From assembly GCA_902524245.1 (NCBI GenBank), contig CABZCN010000005.1:1101-65100 (forward strand): a stretch of 64,000 nucleotides of DNA, given 5' to 3'. Source of the DNA: an uncultured Alphaproteobacteria bacterium. Lineage in GTDB: Bacteria > Pseudomonadota > Alphaproteobacteria > HIMB59. Positions 43,148-53,307 of the stretch are shown here, piece by piece. The translations under genes and the position numbers were made by a program. The notes beneath the pieces were generated by a model. It ran no database searches and was not told where the DNA came from. It saw only the letters and a list, made by a program, of their open reading frames with translations. Each line of letters opens with the position of its first letter. The stretch's first letter is position 1.

Positions 43148-43815
43148 TATATGAGCTGTAATAAAAAACTTTTAAACCAATCATAATTTTTGTATTGATA
43201 TTTTTTAAAATCTTTCATTATTTTATTTAATTTATCTATATAAGGATATTTTATTTTGACTATATCGTGCCATCGTTTAATTGTATTAGAAGTAACCTCA
43301 GGGTGAAATTGAAAACCATAAATATCTTTCTTTTTAATCTTGAAGGAGTCAACTTCATATAAAATACCTTTAGCTAAAAGTTCCATATTTTTATTATAAG
43401 AAATACCCTCAGTATGGAATTGTAAAAAAGTTAGATTTTTTTTGAAAAATTTATTGTTTTTTTTTAAATTTTTCTTGTAACCACACTCAAATAATTTGTC
43501 TTTTGATTTAGATATTTTTGATCCATAAATTTTTGCAATTAATTGAGCGCCCAAACATATACCTACAATAGGTTTATTTTTTTTAATTATGTAATTAAGA
43601 AATTTATATTCATACAAAATAGCCTTTGATTTACTATTTGCACTCTGTTTTCCTCCATGAATTATAAATAAATCAAATTCATCGATATCTTTTTTTTTTA
43701 AAAAATGAAGATTTTTATAAAAAATTGTTGAAGATTGATGTTTTTTTTGAAAAAATTTTGAAATAACGCTCACATCTGCTACTTCACTATGAATTATTTG
43801 CAGTACTCTCTTCAT
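43147..43815 (-). CDS. Class I glutamine amidotransferase-like protein
   Basis: PIVGICLGAQL and FQFHPE catalytic triad; ATG 43815 (MKRVLQIIH) preferred. Confidence 0.85.
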   Translation of the reverse strand: MKRVLQIIHSEVADVSVISKFFQKKHQSSTIFYKNLHFLKKKDIDEFDLFIIHGGKQSANSKSKAILYEYKFLNYIIKKNKPIVGICLGAQLIAKIYGSKISKSKDKLFECGYKKNLKKNNKFFKKNLTFLQFHTEGISYNKNMELLAKGILYEVDSFKIKKKDIYGFQFHPEVTSNTIKRWHDIVKIKYPYIDKLNKIMKDFKKYQYKNYDWFKSFLLQLI

Positions 43816-44887
43816 TCTTACTAAAGTTGATGACTGTACCAAATATTATAGCATAGGAAAGCATTGATGAGCCCCCATAACTAATAAATGGCAAAGTCAT
43901 ACCTGTTGGGGGTATAAGTTTTATGGAGGAACCTATATTTACAAATGCTTGCAAACAGATAAGAAAACAAAGACTAAAAATTGTATTAGAAATAAACAAA
44001 TTTGATGGACTCAAAACAGATCTTCTTGCAAGTATGAAGAATACTGGATACAAAAAAGCAACAAATAGTCCAAATAAAACACCAAATTCTTCTATTAAAA
44101 TTGCAAAAATAAAATCATTATGAGACTCAGGTATTGAGTACTTAAGTTGACCTTCACCTAGCCCTACACCAAATATTCCACCTATTTTTATTGCTGATAA
44201 ACTACTCGAAACCTGAGAATTATCACCATCTAAGAAATTATCTATTCTGTAAGCAACATGATCAAAAGAAAAATATGCAATTAATAGGAAAAATAACCCT
44301 ATAAAACATAATAAAATAAAAAGTTTAAGATTTCTAAAATACAATATTAAAATTAAAGAAAAAATTGAAATATAAACTAATAATGTACCAATATCTGGTT
44401 GAAGCAATAAGAATATTATAACTACGCTTATGATTAGGAAACTCAATAACAAATAAAATTTGTTATTAGTCTTAATGTATAAATAACAAAACCAAGAACA
44501 TATACATACAAGAGGTCCTTTTAATAATTCAGAAGGTTGGATAGAAAAAAATTTAAAGTTTAACCATCTTGTTGCACCTTTGATTTCATATCCAAAAATT
44601 GGCACTATTAATAAAAGTAAAATAAAAAAAATACTAATAATATTTAAAAATTTTCTTAAATCATTCTTTGGTAATAATGATAAAAAAATTAAGATAGTAA
44701 GAGAAAATAATAAAAAAATAATATGTTTTATTATTAATAGTGTTGAATATTCAGTACCTATTAATGAATAAATAGAGAGTACGCCAATGAATGATAGGAT
44801 AAATGGTATAATAAAAAGTTTTTTTGATAATATGTACCAATTAGAGCCTAGTAAACTTTTGTCATCTCTAAAAAGTATATTTTTCAA
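43787..44887 (-). CDS. ftsW: Peptidoglycan polymerase FtsW (SEDS)
   Basis: GATRW, IQPSELLK, LLQPDIGT, PESHNDFIFA..EEFG, LPFISYGGSS. Confidence 0.95.
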   Translation of the reverse strand: MKNILFRDDKSLLGSNWYILSKKLFIIPFILSFIGVLSIYSLIGTEYSTLLIIKHIIFLLFSLTILIFLSLLPKNDLRKFLNIISIFFILLLLIVPIFGYEIKGATRWLNFKFFSIQPSELLKGPLVCICSWFCYLYIKTNNKFYLLLSFLIISVVIIFLLLQPDIGTLLVYISIFSLILILYFRNLKLFILLCFIGLFFLLIAYFSFDHVAYRIDNFLDGDNSQVSSSLSAIKIGGIFGVGLGEGQLKYSIPESHNDFIFAILIEEFGVLFGLFVAFLYPVFFILARRSVLSPSNLFISNTIFSLCFLICLQAFVNIGSSIKLIPPTGMTLPFISYGGSSMLSYAIIFGTVINFSKNEESTANNS

Positions 44888-46128
44888 TATAATATTTTTC
44901 TAATCAGTTGATTGAAATGATTTCCTCGATCTGAATAATTTTTATAGGAGTCAAAAGACTCTCCACCAGGAGAGAATAGTACGTATTTAAATTTGTGAGG
45001 TTTTATTATTAATTTGAGAAAGTTTATTAAGTCAACTAGATTATTAAATTTGAAATAATTAGATTTAATAAAATTTAATTGATTAATAAATAAATCAGAT
45101 TGGTAACCAAATATTAAAACTAAAGTATTTTTTATATTAAATCTTAAGTTTAAATCTTGTTTTTTTAATTTGCCACCAAGAATAAGAACTTTTTTTGAGC
45201 TATTTATTAAATTATTTTTATAAACAGCATTATTCAAATTAGTACACTTACTATCATTATAAACTTTTAAAATATCTGTATTATAAATTAGTTGTGTTCT
45301 ATGGTTTAAATCATCTGAAATATTATTATTTTTAATCTTAATACTTGAATCAATATAATAAATCAAATTTTTTGCTGAATTGATATTTATTTCTTTTATA
45401 CAATTTGATAAATCTTTTTTATAAGTTATCTTATCGTGATTAAAAATTAATCTATTTTGATTTATTTTTATATAATTTCGATATTTATAAAATAATTTTT
45501 TTGATAAAAACAAATAAGAATCTTTATGTAAAAAATTTTGTATACGAAACTTAGAACTAATGTAATTATTAATATTTTTATGATAATCTAAATGATCACT
45601 AAATATATTTGTAATTAAAGCATAATGTAATTTCAAAAAATTTAATTTATCTAATTGATATGAACTTAATTCAATAATTAATATATCTATATTTGATAAA
45701 TATTTAATTAAATTTTTTTTTTCCAAAATAGTATCTCCAAAATTACCAATAATTTTAGTTTTATATTTTTTTGAAAGTATTTGATTAAGATAATTACATG
45801 TTGAAGATTTTCCTTCTGTTCCTGTAACTCCTAATATTTTCTGTGATGATATTTCTAAACTCAAAAAATCTAAATCGATAAGAATTTTATTTTTATGATT
45901 GTATAATACATGATTTTTTTCAATTTTAATTGAGGGGGATAATATAAAATAACTATATTGATTAATATTATTTTCTAAATACTTTTTACTTATTGTTTTT
46001 TTATTTCTAATTTTTTTAAAATCATCGTATATATTATAATTACAATTTTTATTTTTAAGGTATTTTTCTACTGATTTCCCACTTATGCCATATCCGTAAA
46101 CTAAAAATTTTTTTTTTAAATCTATCAA
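44884..46128 (-). CDS. murD: UDP-MurNAc-L-Ala:D-Glu ligase
   Basis: GYGISG, VTGTEGKSST, ELSSYQL, NIFSDHLDYH, YNDSKCTN, SPGGESFD. Confidence 0.93.
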   Translation of the reverse strand: MIDLKKKFLVYGYGISGKSVEKYLKNKNCNYNIYDDFKKIRNKKTISKKYLENNINQYSYFILSPSIKIEKNHVLYNHKNKILIDLDFLSLEISSQKILGVTGTEGKSSTCNYLNQILSKKYKTKIIGNFGDTILEKKNLIKYLSNIDILIIELSSYQLDKLNFLKLHYALITNIFSDHLDYHKNINNYISSKFRIQNFLHKDSYLFLSKKLFYKYRNYIKINQNRLIFNHDKITYKKDLSNCIKEININSAKNLIYYIDSSIKIKNNNISDDLNHRTQLIYNTDILKVYNDSKCTNLNNAVYKNNLINSSKKVLILGGKLKKQDLNLRFNIKNTLVLIFGYQSDLFINQLNFIKSNYFKFNNLVDLINFLKLIIKPHKFKYVLFSPGGESFDSYKNYSDRGNHFNQLIRKILY

Positions 46129-47205
46129 TTATCTTATTTTTAAGAGTGATAAAGCTAATAAACAAAAAAGGAAGCTTAATATCCAAAATCTAATAACTAT
46201 TTTTTGCTCTGAAAGTCCTTTCTTTTCATAATGATGATGAAGAGGAGCCATCAAAAATACTCTTTTTCCTTTTGAAAATTTAAAAAATGCAACTTGTATC
46301 ATAACAGATAAGGTCTCTATTACAAAAAGACCTCCAGCTACAGCTAATACAATTTCTTGTTTTAAAAGTATGGAAGTGACGGCTAATGAAGCTCCCAACG
46401 ATTGTGATCCTGTATCTCCCATAAATATAGATGCAGGACTAGAATTGAACCATAAAAAACCAAGTAAAGCTCCAATTGCTGAAGTACAAAAAATCACAAT
46501 TTCACCAGATCCTTTTATATAATTAACAAGAAGATAATCAGAAAAATTTATATTACCCAAAACATAAGCAAATATTGCAAAAGTAAGAAATACGAATACT
46601 AAGGGCATCGATACTAATCCATCTAATCCATCTGTCAAATTAGTTGCATTTGTTGATCCAATCACAATAAGTAAAATTAAAACAAAATAGAAATAACCCA
46701 GTTCGATTGAAACATTTTTTAAAAAAGGGATGCTAAATTGATTGAGATCAAATCCATAAAATTTAATAGTAAAATAAATCACTAATGTAGCAAATAATTG
46801 AATTAAGAATTTAGTTTTAGAAGATATTCCCTTTCCTAACTTAACTTTTTGAAAGTCATCAAAAAAACCTATCAGCCCAAATAAAATTAGTGTCAAGATC
46901 AGTATATAGTTAAAACTTGAAAAATTTGAAGTCCACAAAATAGAACTTAAAATTATTGAAAAGAGTATGAGCACCCCACCTAAAGTTGGGGTTCCTTTTT
47001 TATGATAATGTGAGTCTGGACCATCATTTCTTATAGGCTGTCCGCTTGGAAATATACTTTTTTGAATTCTAATCCAATAAGGCATTAATAATAAGACAAT
47101 AAAAAATGATGTGACTAAAGATAAGCCCGATCTAAAAGAAATATAACCAAATAAATTAAATAAAAATTCAGTCTCTCTTAGAGAATAGAGCGCATCACTT
47201 AACAT
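46129..47205 (-). CDS. mraY: Phospho-MurNAc-pentapeptide transferase
   Basis: KKGTPTLGG, DDFQK, NATNLTDGLDG, FMGDTGS, MAPLHHHYE. Confidence 0.98.
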   Translation of the reverse strand: MLSDALYSLRETEFLFNLFGYISFRSGLSLVTSFFIVLLLMPYWIRIQKSIFPSGQPIRNDGPDSHYHKKGTPTLGGVLILFSIILSSILWTSNFSSFNYILILTLILFGLIGFFDDFQKVKLGKGISSKTKFLIQLFATLVIYFTIKFYGFDLNQFSIPFLKNVSIELGYFYFVLILLIVIGSTNATNLTDGLDGLVSMPLVFVFLTFAIFAYVLGNINFSDYLLVNYIKGSGEIVIFCTSAIGALLGFLWFNSSPASIFMGDTGSQSLGASLAVTSILLKQEIVLAVAGGLFVIETLSVMIQVAFFKFSKGKRVFLMAPLHHHYEKKGLSEQKIVIRFWILSFLFCLLALSLLKIR

Positions 47206-48493
47206 ATTGTTTTATGATCCTATCTAATTTGTTTAATCTTGAACCCATTACAAATATATTTTTTACATTATTAATTTCTTTATTCAAATAATTGATAGCT
47301 GGTTTATAGTTTTTATAAAAAATAAATTTATTAAATGTTTTTTTAAACTTATAGAATTCGTCTCCTATAAAAATTATTTTCTTTAAATTTAATTTAATTA
47401 CCAATTCAATAATTTGTTTATGCAAAAAATCTGACTGAATACCTAATTCCTTCATTGATCCCAAAATATAGGCTTTTTGTTTAATCTTTTTATTATTAAA
47501 GAGTAAAATATTTTTATTTAAAGCATATGGACTTGCATTATAACTATGATCATAAAAACAAATCTTTTTACTCCTTATATAAGTTGAAACTTCTATACCC
47601 CTGGACTCAATAATAGACTCATTATAAAAAAAATTTTTGAATTTTGTTACTTTTTTAAACTTTTTTATAAATAGAAATGATATTATAGCTATGTTTATAT
47701 AAATTTCTCCTCTAAATGACTCTATAGAGTATTTACTTTTTTTATAAATAAAATTAATTGTGTATTTTTTTTTATTTGAAATGATATTTCTTTTAAATTT
47801 TTCGACATTTATTAAATCCACTTTAGAATTAAGTTTATGTTTTATATTGATGGATTCATAGTTGTAGTTGACTAATCCATTAATGAGTCTTTTAGAATTA
47901 AATATTTTCAATTTATTTTCTATTAATTGCTTAAAATTTCTAAAATTACCAATGTGAGAATTTTCAATACATGTCACTAAGCAGTAGTGTGGTTGTAAAA
48001 TATTAACCAATATTGTCATTTCGTTAGGATTATTGATTCCTAATTCGAATACAGAATATTTACTTTTTAAATTCATATTCATTATAGAAAATTGGAGACC
48101 TTGGATGTTGTTATAATTTTTATAAGATCTATATGTCGTGAAATTATTATTATTTAGAATATGAAAAATATTCTCTTTAAATGTTGTTTTACCTACAGAT
48201 CCAGTTACAGCTATAACTTTGCCTTTATAGGAGTCTACTATAAACTTACACAACTTTTTTATAAATAAATTAGTATCTTTTACATAAACTAATTTAGGAT
48301 GAATTATATCAATATTTACAATTACCAATGCTGCTTCTTTTTTTATAGCATCGTTATAATATAAGCTTCCATCGTTATTTTTTGTTTTAAGACCAATAAA
48401 AATGTCATTTTTTTTTATTAATCTTGTGTCAAAAACTATGTTGGAATTATATTTTGATTTTAAGTCATCAATAATTTTATAAATTTTTAGCAT
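47195..48493 (-). CDS. murF: UDP-MurNAc-tripeptide:D-Ala-D-Ala ligase
   Basis: FDTR, VTGSVGKTT, YNNIQG, ELG, DHSYNASP, GSMKELG, MGSR. Confidence 0.9.
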   Translation of the reverse strand: MLKIYKIIDDLKSKYNSNIVFDTRLIKKNDIFIGLKTKNNDGSLYYNDAIKKEAALVIVNIDIIHPKLVYVKDTNLFIKKLCKFIVDSYKGKVIAVTGSVGKTTFKENIFHILNNNNFTTYRSYKNYNNIQGLQFSIMNMNLKSKYSVFELGINNPNEMTILVNILQPHYCLVTCIENSHIGNFRNFKQLIENKLKIFNSKRLINGLVNYNYESINIKHKLNSKVDLINVEKFKRNIISNKKKYTINFIYKKSKYSIESFRGEIYINIAIISFLFIKKFKKVTKFKNFFYNESIIESRGIEVSTYIRSKKICFYDHSYNASPYALNKNILLFNNKKIKQKAYILGSMKELGIQSDFLHKQIIELVIKLNLKKIIFIGDEFYKFKKTFNKFIFYKNYKPAINYLNKEINNVKNIFVMGSRLNKLDRIIKQYVK

Positions 48494-49856
48494 AATTAAA
48501 TGAAATTATTTTATCATTAAATAAATATGATTTATTTTTATAAGTCTGTGTCTCTTCGTGGCCTTTTCCAGATATAATTAAAATACCATTATTTTTTTTT
48601 AAATAATTTATTCCAAATTTTATAGCCTTTCTTCTACTTGGGATTTCTATAGGATTTGAAGAGTGTTTTACAAGAATTTTTCTAATCATAACTGGATCTT
48701 CATTTCTTGGATTGTCATCAGTTATAATCTGAATGTCAGTATATTTTGAAATGACTTTGGCAATTTGTGATCTTTTAGTTTTATCTCTATCCCCACCACA
48801 GCCATAAATTATTATTATTCTTTTCTTTAATAGAGGAAATTTATTTAATAAATTCTCGTAAGCATCTTTTGAATGAGCATAATCAATTATTATTACTCTA
48901 TTTTTTTTGTTATAAATGATCTCTGATCTTCCAGGTGGAAAAAGTGATGTGTTAATTTTTAATGGAAATTTTTTTGTAATTTTATTGTAAACCATTAATA
49001 TTGATATGATATTTTTAACCATAAAATCATTAAATGAGTTTATTTTATAAGACCTGTCTTTAAAAGTTATTTGATATTTATTAAATTTCTTACTAGTTAT
49101 AGATATATTATTTTTAGATATAAAATTATCTTGAGTAATCAAATCTTTACCAAGGCTATTAAATTTATTTTTTAAGTTGTAATCTTGTAGAAATAGAATT
49201 GAGTTCTTCAATCTATGGCCTTTAATTAAGTTTACTTTAGCTAAATGATAGTCATTAATGTTTTTGTGATAATCAAGATGATCAGACTCTAAATTTGTTA
49301 ATATACAATAATCATAACATAAATTCCCAATTCTTCCTTCGCAGTATCCAATACTGGAAACTTCTATAAATACAAATTTTACATTATTATCATTCGATAC
49401 TTGGAGTAAATTTAGCATTTCAAAATATGGGGGTGTAGTATTGTTTAATTGTTTGATTTTTTTTGAATTTATAAAAAAACCCAAAGTTCCTATATAAGAT
49501 GATCTAATTCCATTAATATTAAATAATCTATTTGCACCATATGCAATGGAGGTTTTGCCATTAGTGCCTGTAACAAAAATTAATTTAAGACGATTAAAAC
49601 TAAAAAAAATTTTAACAATATTTTCTAAGTCTTTTTTATCATCATAGAAGAAAAAGTTAATTGATTTTTTTTTTATATCCCTCTTAAATTTAATATTACA
49701 AATAACAAAATTACAATTTTTTTTTATAGCTAAATTTGTATAGTCAATAAATTTTGTATTATTTTTACTATCAAATAAAAAAATAGTTTTTTTATTACAC
49801 TCTTGCCAATTTGTAACTATTTTAAAACCCTTTTTTTTTAAGTAAGTTAAGTTCAT
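48477..49856 (-). CDS. murE: UDP-MurNAc-dipeptide:meso-DAP ligase
   Basis: VTGTNGKTS, NTTP, EVSS, DHLDYH, IDYAH, GCGGDRD and the DAP-specificity motif DNPR. Confidence 0.93.
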   Translation of the reverse strand: MNLTYLKKKGFKIVTNWQECNKKTIFLFDSKNNTKFIDYTNLAIKKNCNFVICNIKFKRDIKKKSINFFFYDDKKDLENIVKIFFSFNRLKLIFVTGTNGKTSIAYGANRLFNINGIRSSYIGTLGFFINSKKIKQLNNTTPPYFEMLNLLQVSNDNNVKFVFIEVSSIGYCEGRIGNLCYDYCILTNLESDHLDYHKNINDYHLAKVNLIKGHRLKNSILFLQDYNLKNKFNSLGKDLITQDNFISKNNISITSKKFNKYQITFKDRSYKINSFNDFMVKNIISILMVYNKITKKFPLKINTSLFPPGRSEIIYNKKNRVIIIDYAHSKDAYENLLNKFPLLKKRIIIIYGCGGDRDKTKRSQIAKVISKYTDIQIITDDNPRNEDPVMIRKILVKHSSNPIEIPSRRKAIKFGINYLKKNNGILIISGKGHEETQTYKNKSYLFNDKIISFNYAKNL

Positions 49857-51322
49857 TAAATATCTGTACTTTTAGTATTAATAATAGATAGGTCCAAATA
49901 TATGTATATTTCTTTCAGAAGATTATAAAATGCTGGTTTAACTGTATTTCCAGCAGTCATATGTTTTCCGTAAGATTCTTTAGGGTTTTGCATAAAAGTT
50001 AAGTTTAAATATTTTGGATTATTGTATGGAAAAAAACTTATATATGTAACATTTTGAAATATTTCATCATTAGAGAGAATTTGATCCGCTGTTCCAGTTT
50101 TACCAGCTACTAAAAAATTTTTATATAAGTCATTATTAGTCTCATTTGCATAAAATAATAATTTATTAATAGTATTAGAAATTTTGTTATATTCATTTTT
50201 TTTTTGTTTTTCTTTTTTTTCAAATGATGCATTAAAATTGTCTCTACCAGTTATTATTTTTCCATACGCGTTAATTAACTGTATAGGAGAAATAGATAAT
50301 CCATAACCAAAGGGTATGTTGTCACAATATCTTCCCTTAAAATTATTTACAGTTGGTTGAACAGATGTCATTTCAAATCCAACTTGAGTAGATTGCAGAA
50401 GACCTATACGGTCTAAATCTGCCTTAAATTCTTTTTGACAGTCTAAATTTCTTCTTATTAAAATTGCACCTCTATTAGATGATTTTTTTAATATATCTCC
50501 AACTTGCATTGGTATTTCACTATTCCTCGGGAAGTCATTAATTAATTTATTGCCTATATATACAGGCTGGTCTACGTCAAAATATTCATTAACGTCGATT
50601 TTCTGATTCTTAAGGGCTGAAAAAACTGTAAATGTTTTGAAAACAGAGCCAAAATCAAATTTAAGATCTTTTAAAGGGAGTAAAGTTTGATCAAATCTAT
50701 TGATAGCACTTCTGTTATCTAAAAATACATTACTAACAATCTCTTCTCTACTTAAGTCAACTAAAACATTTAAAGTGTAATCCGGATTTAAATTTATTGT
50801 ATCCTTATACAAGGAGTCATGTATTTTTTTTTGTATTTGAATATCTAAAGATAAGTTAATATTTTTGTTGTTCTGATCTACAAATTTTTCAATTAGAGAT
50901 ATGCCCTTGTGATCGATATTTGTGTGTCCTATCAAATTATTTGTCAAAGAACTATGTGGATACCTTCTTGTTAAAATTTTTTCAAATTTAATGTAAGGGT
51001 CTCCTTTATAGATTGGTTCTAAAATTTCATTAATAGGTACATTTCTTTTTAAATATTTGATTTTATTTTTAATATTTTTAATTGAATAGTTGTAGTCAGA
51101 ATAAGCTAAAGTATTTTTATTTAAATCATAAATAGTGGGTAAAGCTTTTAAATTTGTATCTGATAGACTAGAAATTAAAATAACCTTATTGTCAAAACCT
51201 AAAAATAAAAGCCTTAATAAAATAGCAGTAAATAGAAATAGAATAGCTAAAATAAAAAAGTTATAATAATTTTTAGTTTGCGTAAGTAATTTATAATCAG
51301 TTTCATTACTAATATTGAACAT
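49856..51322 (-). CDS. ftsI: Septal transpeptidase PBP3, shortened
   Basis: N-terminal TM, SxxK (GSVFK), SxN (SSN), KTG (GKTGTA); dcw position. Confidence 0.85.
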   Translation of the reverse strand: MFNISNETDYKLLTQTKNYYNFFILAILFLFTAILLRLLFLGFDNKVILISSLSDTNLKALPTIYDLNKNTLAYSDYNYSIKNIKNKIKYLKRNVPINEILEPIYKGDPYIKFEKILTRRYPHSSLTNNLIGHTNIDHKGISLIEKFVDQNNKNINLSLDIQIQKKIHDSLYKDTINLNPDYTLNVLVDLSREEIVSNVFLDNRSAINRFDQTLLPLKDLKFDFGSVFKTFTVFSALKNQKIDVNEYFDVDQPVYIGNKLINDFPRNSEIPMQVGDILKKSSNRGAILIRRNLDCQKEFKADLDRIGLLQSTQVGFEMTSVQPTVNNFKGRYCDNIPFGYGLSISPIQLINAYGKIITGRDNFNASFEKKEKQKKNEYNKISNTINKLLFYANETNNDLYKNFLVAGKTGTADQILSNDEIFQNVTYISFFPYNNPKYLNLTFMQNPKESYGKHMTAGNTVKPAFYNLLKEIYIYLDLSIINTKSTDI

Positions 51323-51602
51323 AATTGACCTTTATTATTGTAAAGTCGTTAAATTCATTTCTATCGAATTTAATTATTTTTTTATTGTTAATAAAATCAT
51401 CATTATTTAATGTATTTATCTGTAATTGATTTATTTGCTTTGAAAGAAGTATTTCTTTATTTACATATATTTGATGATCTTTTGTATAATTTATTTTTAA
51501 AGAAGAAAGCTCGTTTTCAAGTATTTTGATTTGGTTTTTGAAACTTAAAAATAAAATTATAAATATGAATATTAAAAAAAACTTAGAAATATGGCTAATC
51601 AA
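51309..51602 (-). CDS. Probable cell division protein FtsL
   Basis: 97 aa with TM helix and coiled coil, between rsmH and ftsI; assignment by position. Confidence 0.6.
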   Translation of the reverse strand: MISHISKFFLIFIFIILFLSFKNQIKILENELSSLKINYTKDHQIYVNKEILLSKQINQLQINTLNNDDFINNKKIIKFDRNEFNDFTIIKVNYVQY

Positions 51603-52501
51603 TTAATAAATCTCCCTACTCTTAATTTTGCTGATCTGGCCCTATTATTTTCAAGTATTTCAAATTTTGATGCTGTTATTGGTTTTTTGGTAAGAATTTC
51701 ATAACCCCAATTTTTATAATTTTGATAGTTTTTATTTTTATTAATTTTATTGTCTCTGAAATAATTCTTAACTATTCGATCCTCTAAGCTATGAAAAGAA
51801 ATTATTGCTAAATGTGCGTTAATTTCTAAAAAAACATGAACTTTTTTTAAAAATGTTATTAGATTTTCTAATTCACTATTTGACTCTATCCTTAAGGCTT
51901 GGAATGCTTGTGTTGCAAAATGTATTTTTTTTGATTTAAAATTGACACCACTTTTACTTAAGATATCTATGAATTCAAAATTTGTATTAATTTTTTGTTT
52001 TGATCTCTGATTAATAATATATTTAGCTAATTTCTCAGCCTGATGTATCTCTCCATATGAGTAGAAGACTCTCTGGAGTTCATCTTTATTATAAAAATTA
52101 ATTATTTTATATGCATTTAAATCTCCACCTAGATAATTCATATTTAAATTTGAATTTAATTGAAATGATAAACCAATATCTTTGTCTTCTAGCTGATTAG
52201 ATGAAAATCCTAAATCTAATAAAATTAGATTAAACTTTTTTATTTTTAAATCTAATAAATCAAAATTTTTAAAATTTGATTTATAAAAAAAAATATTAGA
52301 AAAATTTTTTTTTAATTCTTTAGCTATTATCATAGAATTATCATCTTGATCAATAGCAGTAACATTATGTCCTTTTTCCAAAAATTTCTTGGAATGACCT
52401 CCTCCACCGAATGTACAATCGAGAATAGATAATTTTTTTTCACACTCAATTAAGGATAGTATTTCATTTGACATAATAGGAATATGCTGATTATTAATCA
52501 T
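51599..52501 (-). CDS. rsmH: 16S rRNA m4C1402 methyltransferase
   Basis: HIPIM, DCTFGGGGHS, DLGFSS.Q, FQALRI, ISFHSLEDR, NNRARSAKLR. Confidence 0.96.
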   Translation of the reverse strand: MINNQHIPIMSNEILSLIECEKKLSILDCTFGGGGHSKKFLEKGHNVTAIDQDDNSMIIAKELKKNFSNIFFYKSNFKNFDLLDLKIKKFNLILLDLGFSSNQLEDKDIGLSFQLNSNLNMNYLGGDLNAYKIINFYNKDELQRVFYSYGEIHQAEKLAKYIINQRSKQKINTNFEFIDILSKSGVNFKSKKIHFATQAFQALRIESNSELENLITFLKKVHVFLEINAHLAIISFHSLEDRIVKNYFRDNKINKNKNYQNYKNWGYEILTKKPITASKFEILENNRARSAKLRVGRFIN

Positions 52502-52914
52502 TTAAATTTTGCTCTAGAAATTTTTTTGTGTATTTCACCTAATTTTTTTTCCCAAATCTCAAAATGGTTCCCTTTCCCAATAAATATTATGTTTTTTGAT
52601 ATTTTTGAAAATTTTTGAAGTTGTTCTTTTACTATAAATCTCCCCTCTTTATCTATAGTTATTTCCTCCAAATCTGAGAGTATTGCAGTTTTAAAATGAT
52701 CATTTTTTTTTGAAAAGAAATCTTTTTCATCGAAACTTTTAATAAGTGAATTAATCTTGGAGGATAAGTGCACCTCTAAACATTCATATTTTAAACTTTT
52801 GAATATAAATATTTTTTCCTTTGAGTTTTTTATCATTGATCTAAAAGATGATGGGATTGCTACTCTATTTTTTGAGTCAATAATTCCATAATAAGAGGAT
52901 AAAAACATCAACAT
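52498..52914 (-). CDS. mraZ: Transcriptional regulator MraZ
   Basis: IDSKNRVAIP and IDKEGRF repeats, GKGNHFEIW. Confidence 0.92.
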   Translation of the reverse strand: MLMFLSSYYGIIDSKNRVAIPSSFRSMIKNSKEKIFIFKSLKYECLEVHLSSKINSLIKSFDEKDFFSKKNDHFKTAILSDLEEITIDKEGRFIVKEQLQKFSKISKNIIFIGKGNHFEIWEKKLGEIHKKISRAKFK

Positions 52915-52938
52915 GGTATTTTATGGGATTATATGGGA
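52914..52938 (+). promoter_or_regulatory. MraZ-box-like direct repeats with 10-bp period
   Basis: TGGTA at 52914, TGGGA at 52924 and TGGGA at 52934 on the + strand, immediately upstream of and overlapping the mraZ ATG. Confidence 0.65.
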
Positions 52939-52964
52939 TTTTTATGTATTAGTAAATAAGTATT

Positions 52965-53288
52965 GGGTAGCTATAAGCTGAGTTCTGTGTTCTAAAAACT
53001 GCAGTCATTTATCTAGATTAACTATTGCTAGTTAATTCAAGCGATCAACCCAGGTCAACTGTAGAAAAAGTATTAACCTCTATTTGATCTTACTCGTGAT
53101 AGGGTTTGCATATTGCGATACTATTTACATATCCGGTAAGCTCTTACCTCACCTTTTCACCCTTACCTTGCGGCGGTTTGTTTCTGCTGCACTTTCCCTA
53201 AGGTTACCCTCGACGGATGTTATCCGTTATCACTTTCTACGCGAGCTCAGACTTTCCTCTTTGAAAACAAAGCGACTGCAAGCTACCC
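52965..53288 (-). ncRNA. rnpB: RNase P RNA (type A)
   Basis: P4 halves GAGGAAAGTCTGAGCTC and ACAGAACTCAGCTTA; P1 GGGTAGCT/AGCTACCC, P2 GCAGTC/GACTGC, P8, P9 (GTAA loop), P18 (GCAA loop); conserved location before mraZ. Confidence 0.96.
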
Positions 53289-53307
53289 GAAAATAATATA
53301 CATAATA

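Noticed and set aside
53084-53296. 70-aa plus-strand ORF
   Set aside because: Antisense to RNase P RNA.
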